From an uncultured Candidatus Rokubacteria bacterium (GTDB lineage: Bacteria > Methylomirabilota > Methylomirabilia > Rokubacteriales > CSP1-6), in the NCBI GenBank assembly GCA_963789955.1, contig CAWBMV010000012.1, forward strand, positions 442,239 to 506,238: a stretch of DNA of 64,000 nt. The letters run 5' to 3'. Shown in pieces: positions 20,359-31,066 of this stretch (positions within the stretch are counted from its first letter, which is position 1; every line of letters begins with the position of its first letter). The notes beneath the pieces were generated by a model that made no database searches, was not told where the DNA came from, and saw nothing but the letters and a program-made list of their open reading frames with translations. The position numbers and the translations under genes were made by a program.

Positions 20359-21552
20359 CTACTCGACGATGCCCTTCCGTCTGAGCTCTGTGATCTCGGC
20401 GACCGACATGCCCAGGTCCTTCAGCACGTCCTCGGTGTGCTCGTTGGGCATCGGCGCCGCGCTCCGGATCGTGCCGGGCGTGTCCGACATCTTGATGGCC
20501 ACCCCGATCTGCCGCACCGGCCCCTGAGTCGGGTGCTCGACGTCGACGATCATGTGCCGGTGGTTGATCTGCGGGTCGGCGACCATCTCGGGGATGTCGT
20601 AGACCTTCCCGACACAGACGTCGGCCTTCACCAGGAGCTCGTACCACTCGTCGCGGTCACGCGTCTTGATCAGCGCCTCGATCTCTTCCCGGGCGGCCTC
20701 TTCTTCGGCATTGGCGGCGCGTACGAGCTGGTCGGCGGTGCGGGCGAAGCGCTTGAAGTCGGGCCGCCCGATCGCCTTGCAGAAGTTCTCCCAGAGCCAC
20801 GGCTCCGTGCAGCCGATCGTGAGGAGCTTGTCGTCCCGCGTCGTGTAGATCGCGTAGTACGGATACGACCCACCGAGGAAGCCCTCGCCGCGGCGCGGCG
20901 CCAGGCCGTCGCTGAAGAAGAAGCGCATGTTCGGCGTGGCCGCCAGCAAGGACACCGTCGTGTCGAGATAGGAGACGTCGACGTGCTGGCCGCGCCCGGT
21001 CCGCTCCCGGGCGAAGAGCGCCAGCACGATGCCGAGCGCGCCGTGCAGGCTGGCGCCCGCGTAGTCGGCGACCAGGTTGAGCGGGATGACGGGCTTTCGA
21101 TCTTTCTCGCCGATGAGGTTCAGCACGCCGGCGAGCGAGAGGTAGTTCATGTCGTGCGCCGGGCGGTCCCGGTACGGGCCGTCCTGGCCGAAGCCGGAGA
21201 GCGAGCAGTAGATGAGCCGGGGATTGAGCGCGCTCAAGGTCTCGTAGTCAGCGCCCAGGCGCTTCATCACTCCCGGACGGAAGCCCTCGACGATCACGTC
21301 GGCCGTCGCGGCGAGCTTGCGGAAGACCGTCTGACCCTCGGGGGACTTCATGTTCAGGGTCATCGAGCGCTTGTTGCGATTGACGAAGGTGTGGATCGTA
21401 CGGCGGACCCACTCGTCACTGGTGTCGCGGCCGGGCTCGGGCGTTTCGATCTTGAGCACCTCGGCGCCCATGTCGGCCAGCATCATCGCGGGCAGCTCGG
21501 CCGGCGCGACGCGCGCCAGCTCGAGAATCCTGATTCCGTCGAGTACGCCCAT
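20359..21552 (-). CDS. Class III CoA transferase (CaiB/BaiF)
   Basis: LDGIRILEL, NRNKRS, EGFRPGVMKRLG and HDMNY; ATG 21552 with AGGAG RBS. Confidence 0.92.
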   Translation of the reverse strand: MGVLDGIRILELARVAPAELPAMMLADMGAEVLKIETPEPGRDTSDEWVRRTIHTFVNRNKRSMTLNMKSPEGQTVFRKLAATADVIVEGFRPGVMKRLGADYETLSALNPRLIYCSLSGFGQDGPYRDRPAHDMNYLSLAGVLNLIGEKDRKPVIPLNLVADYAGASLHGALGIVLALFARERTGRGQHVDVSYLDTTVSLLAATPNMRFFFSDGLAPRRGEGFLGGSYPYYAIYTTRDDKLLTIGCTEPWLWENFCKAIGRPDFKRFARTADQLVRAANAEEEAAREEIEALIKTRDRDEWYELLVKADVCVGKVYDIPEMVADPQINHRHMIVDVEHPTQGPVRQIGVAIKMSDTPGTIRSAAPMPNEHTEDVLKDLGMSVAEITELRRKGIVE

Positions 21553-21572
21553 TCGGCGTCTCCTATTTGTAG

Positions 21573-21626
21573 GCGCGCCTCGCCCGGCGGGGCCCCAGCC
21601 CCGCGACGGCCTGCGGCGCGCACAGC
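21573..21626 (-). repeat. Dispersed ~54-nt structured element, copy 1
   Basis: Sense: GCTGTGCGCGCCGCAGGCCGTCGCGGGGCTGGGGCCCCGCCGGGCGAGGCGCGC. Confidence 0.8.
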
Positions 21627-21632
21627 TTTGCT

Positions 21633-22998
21633 CTAGTCGAGCTGTCCCTCGAGGCGTGAGGTCAGCGCGCGGATGTCCGGGATGTCCTCGAGGTGGCCGA
21701 TCTGCTCGGCGACGCCGTCGGCCTCGTCGGGCGAGAGGACGGTCCGCGCGCAGGCCAGGAACTTCTCGCGCAGCGCCGCATCGGACAGCGGCATATCCGG
21801 GTGCCCCCGCGCGCCGCGCGCCTGGGTCGACAACGTGCGCCCGTCGCGAAGCGTGAGCGTCACGCGACTCCACGCGTGCTGCTCGGCGCCCTGCGGGAGC
21901 CCCGGGTCGACGACCATCGCGACGCGCTCCATCAGCTCGCGCGTGTCGCGGCTGGCGACCTCGCCGTCCGTGAACGAGCCGAAGTCGACGCGGCCCTCGG
22001 CCAGCGCGGCCGCGGCGCAGTACTGCATCGAGAACTTGCGCTCGAGCGCGGTGGTCGGCCGCGCGTGCGCCAGCACGTCCGGGACGACACTCGTCACACC
22101 GACCTGGACGGCGGCGACGTCACGAGGGCTCAGCCGGTGCTCCGCGCGCAGATCGATGAGCGCGTCGATGGCCGAGTGGGTGAGCGCGCACGACGGATAG
22201 GGCTTGACCGCGATCCCGGAGCCGAGGAGATGCCAGGTGCGCCCGAGTGTCTCGAGGGCGTGATCGAGGCCGCGAGCGCCGCCGAAGGCCGCGGCGTAGC
22301 CCTGACGGCCCTCGAGCGCGGTCTCGGACGCGGTCATGCCCTCGCGCGCGAGCTGGGCCGCCAGGATCCCGTTCCGCGCGGCGTGGCCGGCGTGGTACGG
22401 CTTCGTCATCGAGCCGAAGTTCTCCTTGAGCCCGGAGGCGTGAGACGCGGCGATGGCGAGCGCGTGGCGCGTTTGCACGACGTCGAGCCCCATGATGCGG
22501 GCGGCCGCGGCCGCGCAGCCGAGCGTGCCGATCGACGAGGTCGCGTGCCAGCCCCGCGTATAGTGGTCCGGGTTCAGCGCGGTGCCGAGCGCGACGTCGA
22601 TCTCGAAGCCGATGATGTACGCGAGAACGAGCGCGCGTCCCGAGGCCGGTCTCGGCTTCCGTCGCGGCGAGAGCCGTCGACAGCAGCGGCACGCTGGGAT
22701 GGCCGAGCAGCGCGAAGTTGGTGTCGTCGAAGTCGTGCGCGTGGCCGGCGGCGCCGTTCGCGAGGGCGGCCCAGCCCGGCGCCGTCTTGAGTGTCGTCCC
22801 GACGACGGTCGCGAGCGGCGTGCCGCCCTCGGCGCGGACGACTTTCCGGACGATCCCGGCGACGGGCTCTGTGGCTCCGGCCAGCATGACGCCCAGGGTG
22901 TCGAGTGCGGCGCGGCGCACTCGGACGACGGCCTCGGGAGGGCATTCCTCGAGCGAGGTCTTGACGACGAACTCGGCGAGACGGGCCGCGGCGCTCAT
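21633..22998 (-). CDS. MmgE/PrpD family protein (frameshift near 22640)
   Basis: ALANGAAGHAHDFDD, GWHAT, TKPYHAGHAARNG, KPYPSC and KFSMQY across two frames. Confidence 0.88.
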
Positions 22999-23036
22999 GG
23001 ACGGCACGATATCATGACAGCGGGGAGGAGGTCTTC

Positions 23037-23768
23037 GTGAAGGTCCGCTTCCTCGGCTCGGGCGATGCGTTCGGCAGCGGCGGCCGATTTCAGACCTGCA
23101 TCCACGTCGAATCGGGCGCGAGCCAGCTCCTGCTCGACTGCGGCGCGTCGTCGCTGATCGCGATGCGCCGCTTCGGCGTCGATCCGCAGGCGATCGATAC
23201 GGTGATCCTCTCCCACCTGCACGGCGACCACTTCGGCGGCGTCCCGTTTCTGATCCTCGACGGTCAGTTCAAGCGCCGGACACGACCGCTCCTGGTGGCC
23301 GGTCCGCCCGGCGTCGAGAAGAGAGTGCGAGACGCCATGGAGGTATTCTTCCCCGGCTCGACCCGAATCGAGCGGAAGTTCGAGACGCGCTTCGTCGAGC
23401 TGGCCGATCGCGTGGCCGTCGAGGTCGGGCCGGTTCACGTCACGGGCTACGAGGTGTCCCACGCGAGCGGCGCGCCGCCCTTTGCGCTGCGGATCACCGG
23501 GGAGGGCAAGATCGTCACCTACTCGGGCGACACGGAATGGACGGAGAGCCTGGTCGACGCCGCGCGGGGCGCCGATCTCTTCATCGCCGAAGCGCTCTCC
23601 TACGACAAGCGCATCAGATATCACCTCGACCTGGCGACCCTGCTGGAGCATCGCTCGCGGCTCGATTGCCGCCGGCTGATTCTGACCCACATGGGCGAGG
23701 ACGTGCTGGCGCGGCTCGACGGTCTCGCCGTCGAGGCGGCCGAGGACGGCAAGCAGCTGCTCGTCTGA
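23037..23768 (+). CDS. MBL-fold metallohydrolase
   Basis: GSGDAFGSGGR, SHLHGDHFGG and YSGDTEW. Confidence 0.88.
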   Translation: MKVRFLGSGDAFGSGGRFQTCIHVESGASQLLLDCGASSLIAMRRFGVDPQAIDTVILSHLHGDHFGGVPFLILDGQFKRRTRPLLVAGPPGVEKRVRDAMEVFFPGSTRIERKFETRFVELADRVAVEVGPVHVTGYEVSHASGAPPFALRITGEGKIVTYSGDTEWTESLVDAARGADLFIAEALSYDKRIRYHLDLATLLEHRSRLDCRRLILTHMGEDVLARLDGLAVEAAEDGKQLLV

Positions 23769-23799
23769 TCCGCCCGGGCAATGCCATAATCGTCGCCGG

Positions 23800-24408
23800 A
23801 TGCAAGCGCTCCGATGGGCGGTGCTCGTCCTGGCGATCGTCTCGGCGCTCGCATTCCTGGCGCTCGCGGTGTTCGCGTTCAACCAGCAGCTGTTCGACCT
23901 CGATCACTCCACGCACGACCTGATTCGCCCGGCGGAGTACCCGCAGCTCAGGCCGCTGATGCAGCTGCTCAGCCGCATCGGCTCGGGCTACGTCCTGATA
24001 CCGCTCACCGTCGTCCTGTACGTCGTGCTGAAGCGACAGGGCCATCGCGCCGCACGCCATATCCCGGCGATGTTCGCCGGGGCATTCGCCGTCTTCGCGC
24101 TGACCAAATGGATCGTCGCGCGACCGCGTCCCAAGCTCTCGCCCTACGGGTTTCCGAGTGCCCACACCTTCGGCGCCGTCGTGTTCTTCGGAGGTGTCAT
24201 CTATCTCCTGTGGACCGTCGAGATGAGCCGCGTCTGGCGATGGGTGGGTACAGCAGGCCTGCTCCTGCTGATCCTTGGCGTCGCGCTGAGCCGGCTGTAC
24301 CTGCGATCGCACTGGCTGAGCGACGTGGTCGGCGGGCTTACGGGAGGGGTCGCCTACCTTCTGATCTTCCTGCTGGCGGTCGATCCGCGGCTCCGGCCTT
24401 CGCGGTGA
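23800..24408 (+). CDS. PAP2 family membrane phosphatase
   Basis: KWIVARPRP, FPSAH and SRLYLRSHWLSDV. Confidence 0.9.
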   Translation: MQALRWAVLVLAIVSALAFLALAVFAFNQQLFDLDHSTHDLIRPAEYPQLRPLMQLLSRIGSGYVLIPLTVVLYVVLKRQGHRAARHIPAMFAGAFAVFALTKWIVARPRPKLSPYGFPSAHTFGAVVFFGGVIYLLWTVEMSRVWRWVGTAGLLLLILGVALSRLYLRSHWLSDVVGGLTGGVAYLLIFLLAVDPRLRPSR

Positions 24409-24410
24409 CC

Positions 24411-24440
24411 CGAGCCGGGGGCCCGAGAGCCCCCGGCTCG
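24411..24440. terminator. GC hairpin between convergent genes
   Basis: CGAGCCGGGGGC-ccgaga-GCCCCCGGCTCG; no U-tract. Confidence 0.5.
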
Positions 24441-24452
24441 AGCGGAAGTCAG

Positions 24453-25661
24453 CTAACGGCGCGCCGCGATCTTGGCGGCGGCGTCCGCCTTCTTGAAGTG
24501 CTCGTCGGTGAACCCGTAGAGGTGCGCCCCGCCCGCCATGATCTGGCTCGCGATCTCGCGAGGCACGTTCTTCAAGAGATTGGTCGAGACGTGCGGGAAG
24601 TTGGAGTCGAAGTGCGGATAGTCGGTCGAGATGCACATCCGATCGGCGCCGATCAGGCCCGCCGTCGCCTCGATCTCGGGCTCGCTGCCTTCGACGGCGG
24701 CCCAGCAGTTGCGCCGGAAGTACTCGCGCGGCGTCATCGACAGATACGGCGCGTGCGAGTCGCGGTACTGCGGATAGTCCCACTCGATGCGAGACAGGAG
24801 TCCCGGCACCCAGGAGTTCTGCGCTTCGAGATACCCGACCCGGAGGCGCGGATGGAACTCGAACACGCCGCCGATGATCATCGCGATCAGCGCCTGCTGC
24901 ATCTCGATCCAGTGGCTCGCGACGTGGCGATAGAAGCGGTTCTCGCCGTAGAGCGGAATCATCCGCGAGTAGAGCGCGCTCACGCCCTCGTGAAAGCCCC
25001 AGGTCACGTCGAGCTCTTCGTGGATCGCGTACAGCGGATCCCAGTAGTTGGAGTGCCAGTAGTGGCCGTTCACCAGATTCGGCCGGATGAACGAGCCGAC
25101 GGCGCCGAGCTCACGGACGCAGCGCACGAGCTCGCGGCAGGCCAGGTGCACGTCGTGCACCGGCAGCATCGCGACCCACTTCAGCTGGTCCGGGCTGTAG
25201 GCGCAGAACTCGTGGATCCAGTTGTTGTACGCCTGGCAGATGGCCAGCGACATCTGCGGATCCATGCCGTCGCGGCCGAGCAGGGCCAGACCGGCGGTGG
25301 GGTAGTTCACCGCGATGTCGACCCCTTCCATCTCCATGCCCATCACCTGAGCGACCGGGTCGTAGTCGCGCGCGACGGCGAAGTCGAGCCGGCCGGTGTC
25401 GAAGAGCCGCGAGCCCGACAGGGGCTGCGTGCTCTGCGACCCGCTGTTGCGGGCGCGCTTCCGGTACTGCTGCAGGTCCATGTCGGACGTCGGCAGCCCG
25501 TCGATGATGGTGAGACCGGCCGCGCCGCGCTTGGGCCGGCCGTCGGCGCCGACCGGCACGCTGACCCGGTCCTTGAACTTCGGATCCAGATAGCGGTCGA
25601 AGAGATCCGGCGGCTCCATGATGTGCATGTCGCTGTCCACGAACCTGAGCCCGTCCTTCAT
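24453..25661 (-). CDS. Amidohydrolase_2 family protein
   Basis: VDSDMHIMEP, AYNNWIHEFC, GFHEG and STDYPHFD; ATG 25661 with AGGAG RBS. Confidence 0.9.
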   Translation of the reverse strand: MKDGLRFVDSDMHIMEPPDLFDRYLDPKFKDRVSVPVGADGRPKRGAAGLTIIDGLPTSDMDLQQYRKRARNSGSQSTQPLSGSRLFDTGRLDFAVARDYDPVAQVMGMEMEGVDIAVNYPTAGLALLGRDGMDPQMSLAICQAYNNWIHEFCAYSPDQLKWVAMLPVHDVHLACRELVRCVRELGAVGSFIRPNLVNGHYWHSNYWDPLYAIHEELDVTWGFHEGVSALYSRMIPLYGENRFYRHVASHWIEMQQALIAMIIGGVFEFHPRLRVGYLEAQNSWVPGLLSRIEWDYPQYRDSHAPYLSMTPREYFRRNCWAAVEGSEPEIEATAGLIGADRMCISTDYPHFDSNFPHVSTNLLKNVPREIASQIMAGGAHLYGFTDEHFKKADAAAKIAARR

Positions 25662-25680
25662 GACACTCTCCTGTTCATAA

Positions 25681-25734
25681 GCTCGCCTCGGACGGCGGGT
25701 CCCCAGCCCCGCGACGTCCTGCGGCTCGCACTGC
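25681..25734 (-). repeat. Dispersed ~54-nt structured element, copy 2
   Basis: Sense: GCAGTGCGAGCCGCAGGACGTCGCGGGGCTGGGGACCCGCCGTCCGAGGCGAGC. Confidence 0.8.
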
Positions 25735-25744
25735 CGCGCGCGCG

Positions 25745-26500
25745 TCAGCGGTAGGCGTCCGGCGCCTGTTTGACGGTTTCCCAGAAGATCGGGTCGTGAC
25801 CGGGAAAGATCTGACCGCGCGTGAGCCGCGCGATCGTCTTCAGCTTCCGCAGGGAGTGGAGCGCCAGGGTCGGATTCCAGACGACGCCCGGCACGCGCTC
25901 CTTGTCGGCGTGCTCGTGCCAGTAGCAGGCGTCGCCGGTGAGGATGACCGGCCCCGACTCGGGCAGCTCGACCAGCAGCGACTGGTGGCCGGGCGTGTGC
26001 CCGTCGCTTCTCAAGATGGTCACGCCGGGCAGCAGCTCGGTGTCTCCGTCGAGGAGCCGCCAGCGATAGCCCGGCAGATCGAAGTTCTTCCGGTAGTAGA
26101 ACGACTCGAAGAATGAGGCCGGGTAGTGGGCGTAGGCGTACTCGTCCTTCTGGACGATCAGCTCGGACTTGGGGAACAACGCCGCGCCGCCGGCGTGATC
26201 GTAGTGCAGGTGGGACAGGACCACCATGTCCACGTTTTCGGGCTCGAGACCCACGAGGTCCAGCCGGTGCACCAGGAGATCTTCCTCGGTGAACCGCGCC
26301 AGCGGGTCGTTGCGCAAGAGACCCGGCACCGCACGCGGCGAGAGCCCGGTGTCGAACAGGATCATCGCCTCGGAGGTGCGCACGAGCCAGCACGCGATCG
26401 GAATCCGGACGCGATCGCTCGAGAACTCGCCATAAAAGAGTCCCGACCGCTCGAATCCCATGAACCCGTTCTGCAGCGCGTACAGCCCCAGCACCGCCAT
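25745..26500 (-). CDS. N-acyl homoserine lactonase-like MBL hydrolase
   Basis: SHLHYDHAGG, GHTPGHQS, TGDACY and PGHD; ATG 26500 lies 7 nt after TGcTATCAT. Confidence 0.85.
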   Translation of the reverse strand: MAVLGLYALQNGFMGFERSGLFYGEFSSDRVRIPIACWLVRTSEAMILFDTGLSPRAVPGLLRNDPLARFTEEDLLVHRLDLVGLEPENVDMVVLSHLHYDHAGGAALFPKSELIVQKDEYAYAHYPASFFESFYYRKNFDLPGYRWRLLDGDTELLPGVTILRSDGHTPGHQSLLVELPESGPVILTGDACYWHEHADKERVPGVVWNPTLALHSLRKLKTIARLTRGQIFPGHDPIFWETVKQAPDAYR

Positions 26501-26602
26501 TGCGCGCATGATAGCACCGCCCCCGAGACCGCCGGCCGGTCACCGAGCCCACGCTGCGTGCTAGGCCTTCTAAGCCTGGGCTGCGACCGCCACGGTAGCG
26601 GT

Positions 26603-26733
26603 GCGGGGGCGGCGGGGGTGGGGGTGGGCGCGGCTCTGTGGGACCCCCTCGTCCCGCCCGCGGCTCGAAGAGCCGCGAATCGGGCGAGCGGGTGGCAGAG
26701 CCGCGCCCACCCCGCACCCCCAGCCGTCCCCGC
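26603..26733. repeat. Long imperfect inverted repeat with an internal hairpin (MITE/REP-like)
   Basis: Arms 26603-26638 and 26696-26733 (..ggggtgggcgcggctctg / cagagccgcgcccacccc..); core GCGGCTC-gaa-GAGCCGC. Confidence 0.75.
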
Positions 26734-26771
26734 GCCGCGGGCCGGGCGCCCACTGAGCTACAATCGCGCGC

Positions 26772-27936
26772 ATGGACTTTCAGCTAACAGAGCAGCAAGA
26801 GCTGATCCGGAAGGAAGTCGCCACCCTGGCGCGGTCCTTCTCGCTCGACTACTGGCTCGAGAAGGATCGCAAGGCCGAGTACCCGCTGGACTGGATGCGG
26901 GCCTTCGCGCAGGCGGGCTGGCTCGGCATGATCATTCCCGAGGAGTACGGCGGGTCCGGCCTGGGCGTGACGGAAGCGGCCTTGATGCTGCACGAGGTCT
27001 GCGCCGCCGGCGCCGGGACGACCGGCGCCTCGCCGATCCACTTCTACATGTTCCCGCCGATGCCGGTGATCAAGCACGGCTCGGAGGAGCTCAAGCGGCG
27101 CTACCTGCCGCAGGTCGCCACGGGCGACATCGTCATGTCGTTCGGCGTGACCGAGCCGAACGCCGGCACGGACACCTCGCGGATCCAGACGCGCGCGGAG
27201 CGTCGCGGCGACCACTTCGTCGTGAACGGCCGCAAGGTCTGGAACACCAACGCCCAGCACGCGACCCACATGCTGCTGCTCGCGCGCACCTCGCCCCGCG
27301 AGGCCGTCGGCGCCGTTCCGCGGGATGACGCTCTTCTTCACGCCGTTCGATCGCTCGAAGATCACCGTGCGCGAGATCGAGAAGCTCGGCCGCGCGGCGG
27401 TCGACTCCAACGAGATCTTCATCGACGGGCTCGAGATTCCCGCGACGGACGTCGTGGGCGAGGTCGGCCGCGGCTTCTACCACCTCCTGGATTCGCTGAA
27501 CCCGGAGCGCGTCTTCACCGGCATCGAGGCGGTCGGGATCGGCCGCGCGGCGCTCGAGCGCGGCGTGCAGTACGCGAAGGAGCGCGTCGTCTTCGACCGG
27601 CCGATCGGCCAGAACCAGGCGATCGCGCACCCGCTCGCGCTGGCGTGGGCGAAGCTCGAGTCGGCCGAGCTGATGTGCCTGAAGGCGGCGTGGCTCTTCG
27701 ACAGCGGCAAGCCCTGCGGCGCCGAGTCGAATGCCGCCAAGCTGATGGCGGCCGAGGCGGGCTTCGAGGCCTGCGACGTCGCGCTGCAGACGCACGGCGG
27801 CTACGGCTACGCGAAGGAGTTCTACGTCGAGCGGCTCTGGCGCGAGGTGCGGCTCTACAAGATCGCGCCGGTCTCGCAGCAGATGGTCCTCAACTACCTG
27901 TCGGAGCACGTGCTGGGCCTTCCCAAGAGCTACTGA
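26772..27936 (+). CDS. Acyl-CoA dehydrogenase (frameshift near 27310)
   Basis: IPEEYGGSGLG, VTEPNAGTD, RVVFDRPIGQNQAI and HGGYGYAKE. Confidence 0.9.
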
Positions 27937-27954
27937 GTCGCGAGGAGGAGCGAG

Positions 27955-29192
27955 ATGGCGGTCAGAGTCGATCGTCGTAAATTCCTGGCCGGCGCCGCGG
28001 GCGCGACCGTGGCGGCGTCGCTGCCGTTCCCGGCGATTGCCCAGTCGAAGCCCGTGCGCATCGGCCTGCTCACGGTGAAGACGGGGCCGCTGGCGGCGGG
28101 CGGGATCCAGATGGAGCAGGGACTCATCCGCTTCTTCAAGGACCGGAACTACACCTTGGCCGGCCGCAAGGTCGAGCTCGTCGTGGGCGATACCGGCGGC
28201 AATCCCGCCGGCACCAAGACCAAGACCCAGGAGCTGGTGGAGCGCGAGAACGTCGACATGATTCTCGGGCCGCTCGCGGCCTTCGAGCTCCTGGCCATCA
28301 CGGACTACACGGCGCAGGCCAAGATGCCGATCCTCAGCCTCGCCGCCGCCGAGGACATGACCCAGCGCCGGCCCAACCCGTATTTCGTTCGGGCCTCGGC
28401 GACCTCGTCGCAGAACATGCACTGCCTGGCCGACTACGCGGCGAAGGAGCTGAAGTTCAAGCGCGTGATCACGATCGCCGATGACTTCGCGTTCGGCCAC
28501 GAGCAGATGGCGGGCTTCCAGCGCGTGTTCGAGGACGCGGGCGGCCGGGTCGTCAAGAAGCTGTGGCCGCCCCTGGTGACGCCGGACTACGCGCCGTACC
28601 TGGCGCAGATCAGCGGCGTCGACGCGGTCGTCCAGGGCTTCGCCGGGTCGAATCCGCTGAAGTTCATGAAGCAGTATCAGGACCAGGGCCTCAAGCTGCC
28701 CGTGCTGGGCGGAGGTCCGGCCTGCGACGACGCGCTCCTGAAGTCGTTCGGCGACGAGGCGGTGGGGCTCATCTCCTGCTCGGCCTATACCGCCGATCTC
28801 GACACGCCGAGCAACAAGCGGCTCATCGACGGGATGGTGAAGGACTACGGCAACATCCCCGGACTCTACGCGGCCGGGCTCTACATCAACGGCATGGTCG
28901 CCGAGGCCGCGCTCGAGAAGACGGGCGGCAAGACCGACGACCGGGAGGCGCTGATCCGGGCCCTGCGCGGCGGTGTCGCTCGACCGACACGCCGCGCGGA
29001 CCGTTCACGTTCGACCACTTCGGCAACGTGGTCGGGACGTTCTACGTCCGGCGGTGCGAGAAGAAGGGCGACAAGCTCGTCAACACGACGATCAAGACCT
29101 ATCCCAAGGTCAGCCAGTTCTGGACGTACGACGAGAAGTGGTTTCTCGCGCAGCCCGTGTACTCCCGCGACTATCCTCCGCTGAAATCGTGA
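27955..29192 (+). CDS. Branched-chain-type ABC substrate-binding protein with Tat signal (frameshift near 28975)
   Basis: DRRKFL twin-arginine signal; LivJ/K-like fold; C-terminus TPRGPFTFDHFGN lies in a second frame. Confidence 0.88.
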
Positions 29193-29201
29193 CCGGATCC
29201 G

Positions 29202-29243
29202 GGGCCGCTCGGCGAGGTCCATCCGACCTCGCTCGAGCGGCCC
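29202..29243 (+). other. Intercistronic hairpin after the SBP gene
   Basis: GGGCCGCTCGGCGAGGTC-catcc-GACCTCGCtCGAGCGGCCC. Confidence 0.6.
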
Positions 29244-29251
29244 GACACGCC

Positions 29252-30112
29252 ATGAATCTCTGGGTGGTGCTGGCGGTCAATAGCATCACCCTGGGCGGCC
29301 TGCTCTTCCTGCTCTCCGCCGGGTTCTCGCTGATCTTCGGCCTCATGAAGATTCCCAACCTCACGCACGGCTCGTTCTTCATGCTCGGCGCGTACCTCGC
29401 GACGAGCTTGATCGCGCACGGGTTCGATTTCTGGACGGCCGCGATCGTCGGTGGGCTCCTGGTGGCGGCCTTCGGCGGACTCGTGGAGCGCCTGATCTTG
29501 CGACGCCTCGTCGGCGCCGAGCTCGCGCAGGTGCTGGTGACCCTGGGGCTCTCCTTCATGATCGCCGACGTCTGCCTGATGGTGTGGACCGGCGACCCGA
29601 TCCGGATCGCCACGCCGAGCGCGCTCCGCGGCGTGACCTCGGTCATGGGCCTGGGCTTTCCGACCTATCGCCTGGCCATCAGTCTCATCGCGGTCGTCTT
29701 CGCCGTCGCGCTCTGGGCGCTGCTCGACCGGACGCGCCTGGGGGCGATGATCCGGGCGGGAGTCGACGATCCGGCGATGGCGCGAGTGGTCGGCATCCGT
29801 GTCTCGCGGCTCTTCACGATCGTGTTCTGCCTGGGCGCGTGGCTGGCGGGCTTCGCCGGCGTGATCGGCGGGCCGATCCTCTCGGTCTATCCGGGGCTCG
29901 ACCAGGAGATGCTGCCGCTGGCGCTCGTCGTCGTGATCCTCGGCGGCAGCGGCAGCCTGATCGGCTCGCTGGTCGGAAGCTTCGTGGTCGGCTTCCTCTA
30001 CAACTTCGGACAGGCGATGTTTCCCGAGCTCGCCTACGTCGTGCTGTTCCTGCCCATGCTCGTCGTGCTGGTCGTGAGGCCTCAGGGTTTGTTCGGGCGA
30101 CAGACCGCGTGA
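29252..30112 (+). CDS. livH: Branched-chain ABC permease (LivH-like)
   Basis: GFSLIFGLMKIPNLTHG, RTRLGAMIRA and VVILGG. Confidence 0.85.
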   Translation: MNLWVVLAVNSITLGGLLFLLSAGFSLIFGLMKIPNLTHGSFFMLGAYLATSLIAHGFDFWTAAIVGGLLVAAFGGLVERLILRRLVGAELAQVLVTLGLSFMIADVCLMVWTGDPIRIATPSALRGVTSVMGLGFPTYRLAISLIAVVFAVALWALLDRTRLGAMIRAGVDDPAMARVVGIRVSRLFTIVFCLGAWLAGFAGVIGGPILSVYPGLDQEMLPLALVVVILGGSGSLIGSLVGSFVVGFLYNFGQAMFPELAYVVLFLPMLVVLVVRPQGLFGRQTA

Positions 30113-31066
30113 AGCGGATCGTTCTCTTCGGCGCGCTGGTGATCCTGGCCACGGTGCCGCTGTGGGTCGGCGGGACGTACTACGTCAACATCACCAGCCA
30201 GATTCTGCTTCTACGCGATCTTCGCGCTCGGCGTGAACGTGCTGGCCGGCTACGCCGGTCTGGTCAGCCTCGGGCACGCCGGGCTCTTCGGTATCGCCGC
30301 CTACTCCGGCGCCAGGATCATGAACGACGGCCACGGCCACGTCGTCGTGATCGCGGGCGCCCTCGCGCTGACGCTCCTGGCCGCCGCCGTCTTCGCGGTG
30401 CTGGCGCTGCGCGGCACCGGGCTCGGCTTCGTCATGATCACGGTGGCGCTGGGCCAGATCGTCTGGGGCGTCGCCTATCGGTGGATCAGCATCACGAACG
30501 GTGACAACGGCATCGCCATTCGCGGCCGGCCGAGTCCGCTGGGCCTCTCGCTCACGTCGCCGGCGAGCTTCTACTGGGCGACCCTGATCGTGTTCCTGCT
30601 GGCGGTGACCTCGATGGCGGTGTTCGTCGCCTCGCCGTTCGGCGCCAGCCTGCGCGGAACGCGCGATCAGCCCCGCCGGATGAACGCGCTCGGCTACCAC
30701 GTCTGGATGATCCGCTTCCTCGCGTTCCTCTTCTCGGGCTTCTGGAGCGGCGTGGCGGGGCTGCTCTACCTCTACTACAACCAGTTCGTGAGCCCGCAGG
30801 CGGTGGCGCTGACCGCGTCGGCCGAGGCGCTGCTGATGGTCATCGCCGGCGGCACCGCGACGTTGCTCGGGCCGATCGCCGGCGCGGCGCTGGTCGTGAT
30901 CGTGAAGAACGTGGCGAGTGCCCACATCGAGCGGTGGAACTTCGTCCTCGGCGCCATCTTCGTCGTCATCGTCGTCTTCATGCCCGAGGGGCTGGTACCG
31001 GGCACGGTGCGACGCTGGCGCCGAGCCATGGCGGCGCTGCGGCCGCGCGCTACCGCGGCGGGGTGA
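30109..31066 (+). CDS. livM: Branched-chain ABC permease (LivM-like; frameshift near 30210)
   Basis: GYAGLVSLGHA, SPFGASLRG and FMPEGL; GTG 30109 overlaps the livH stop. Confidence 0.82.
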
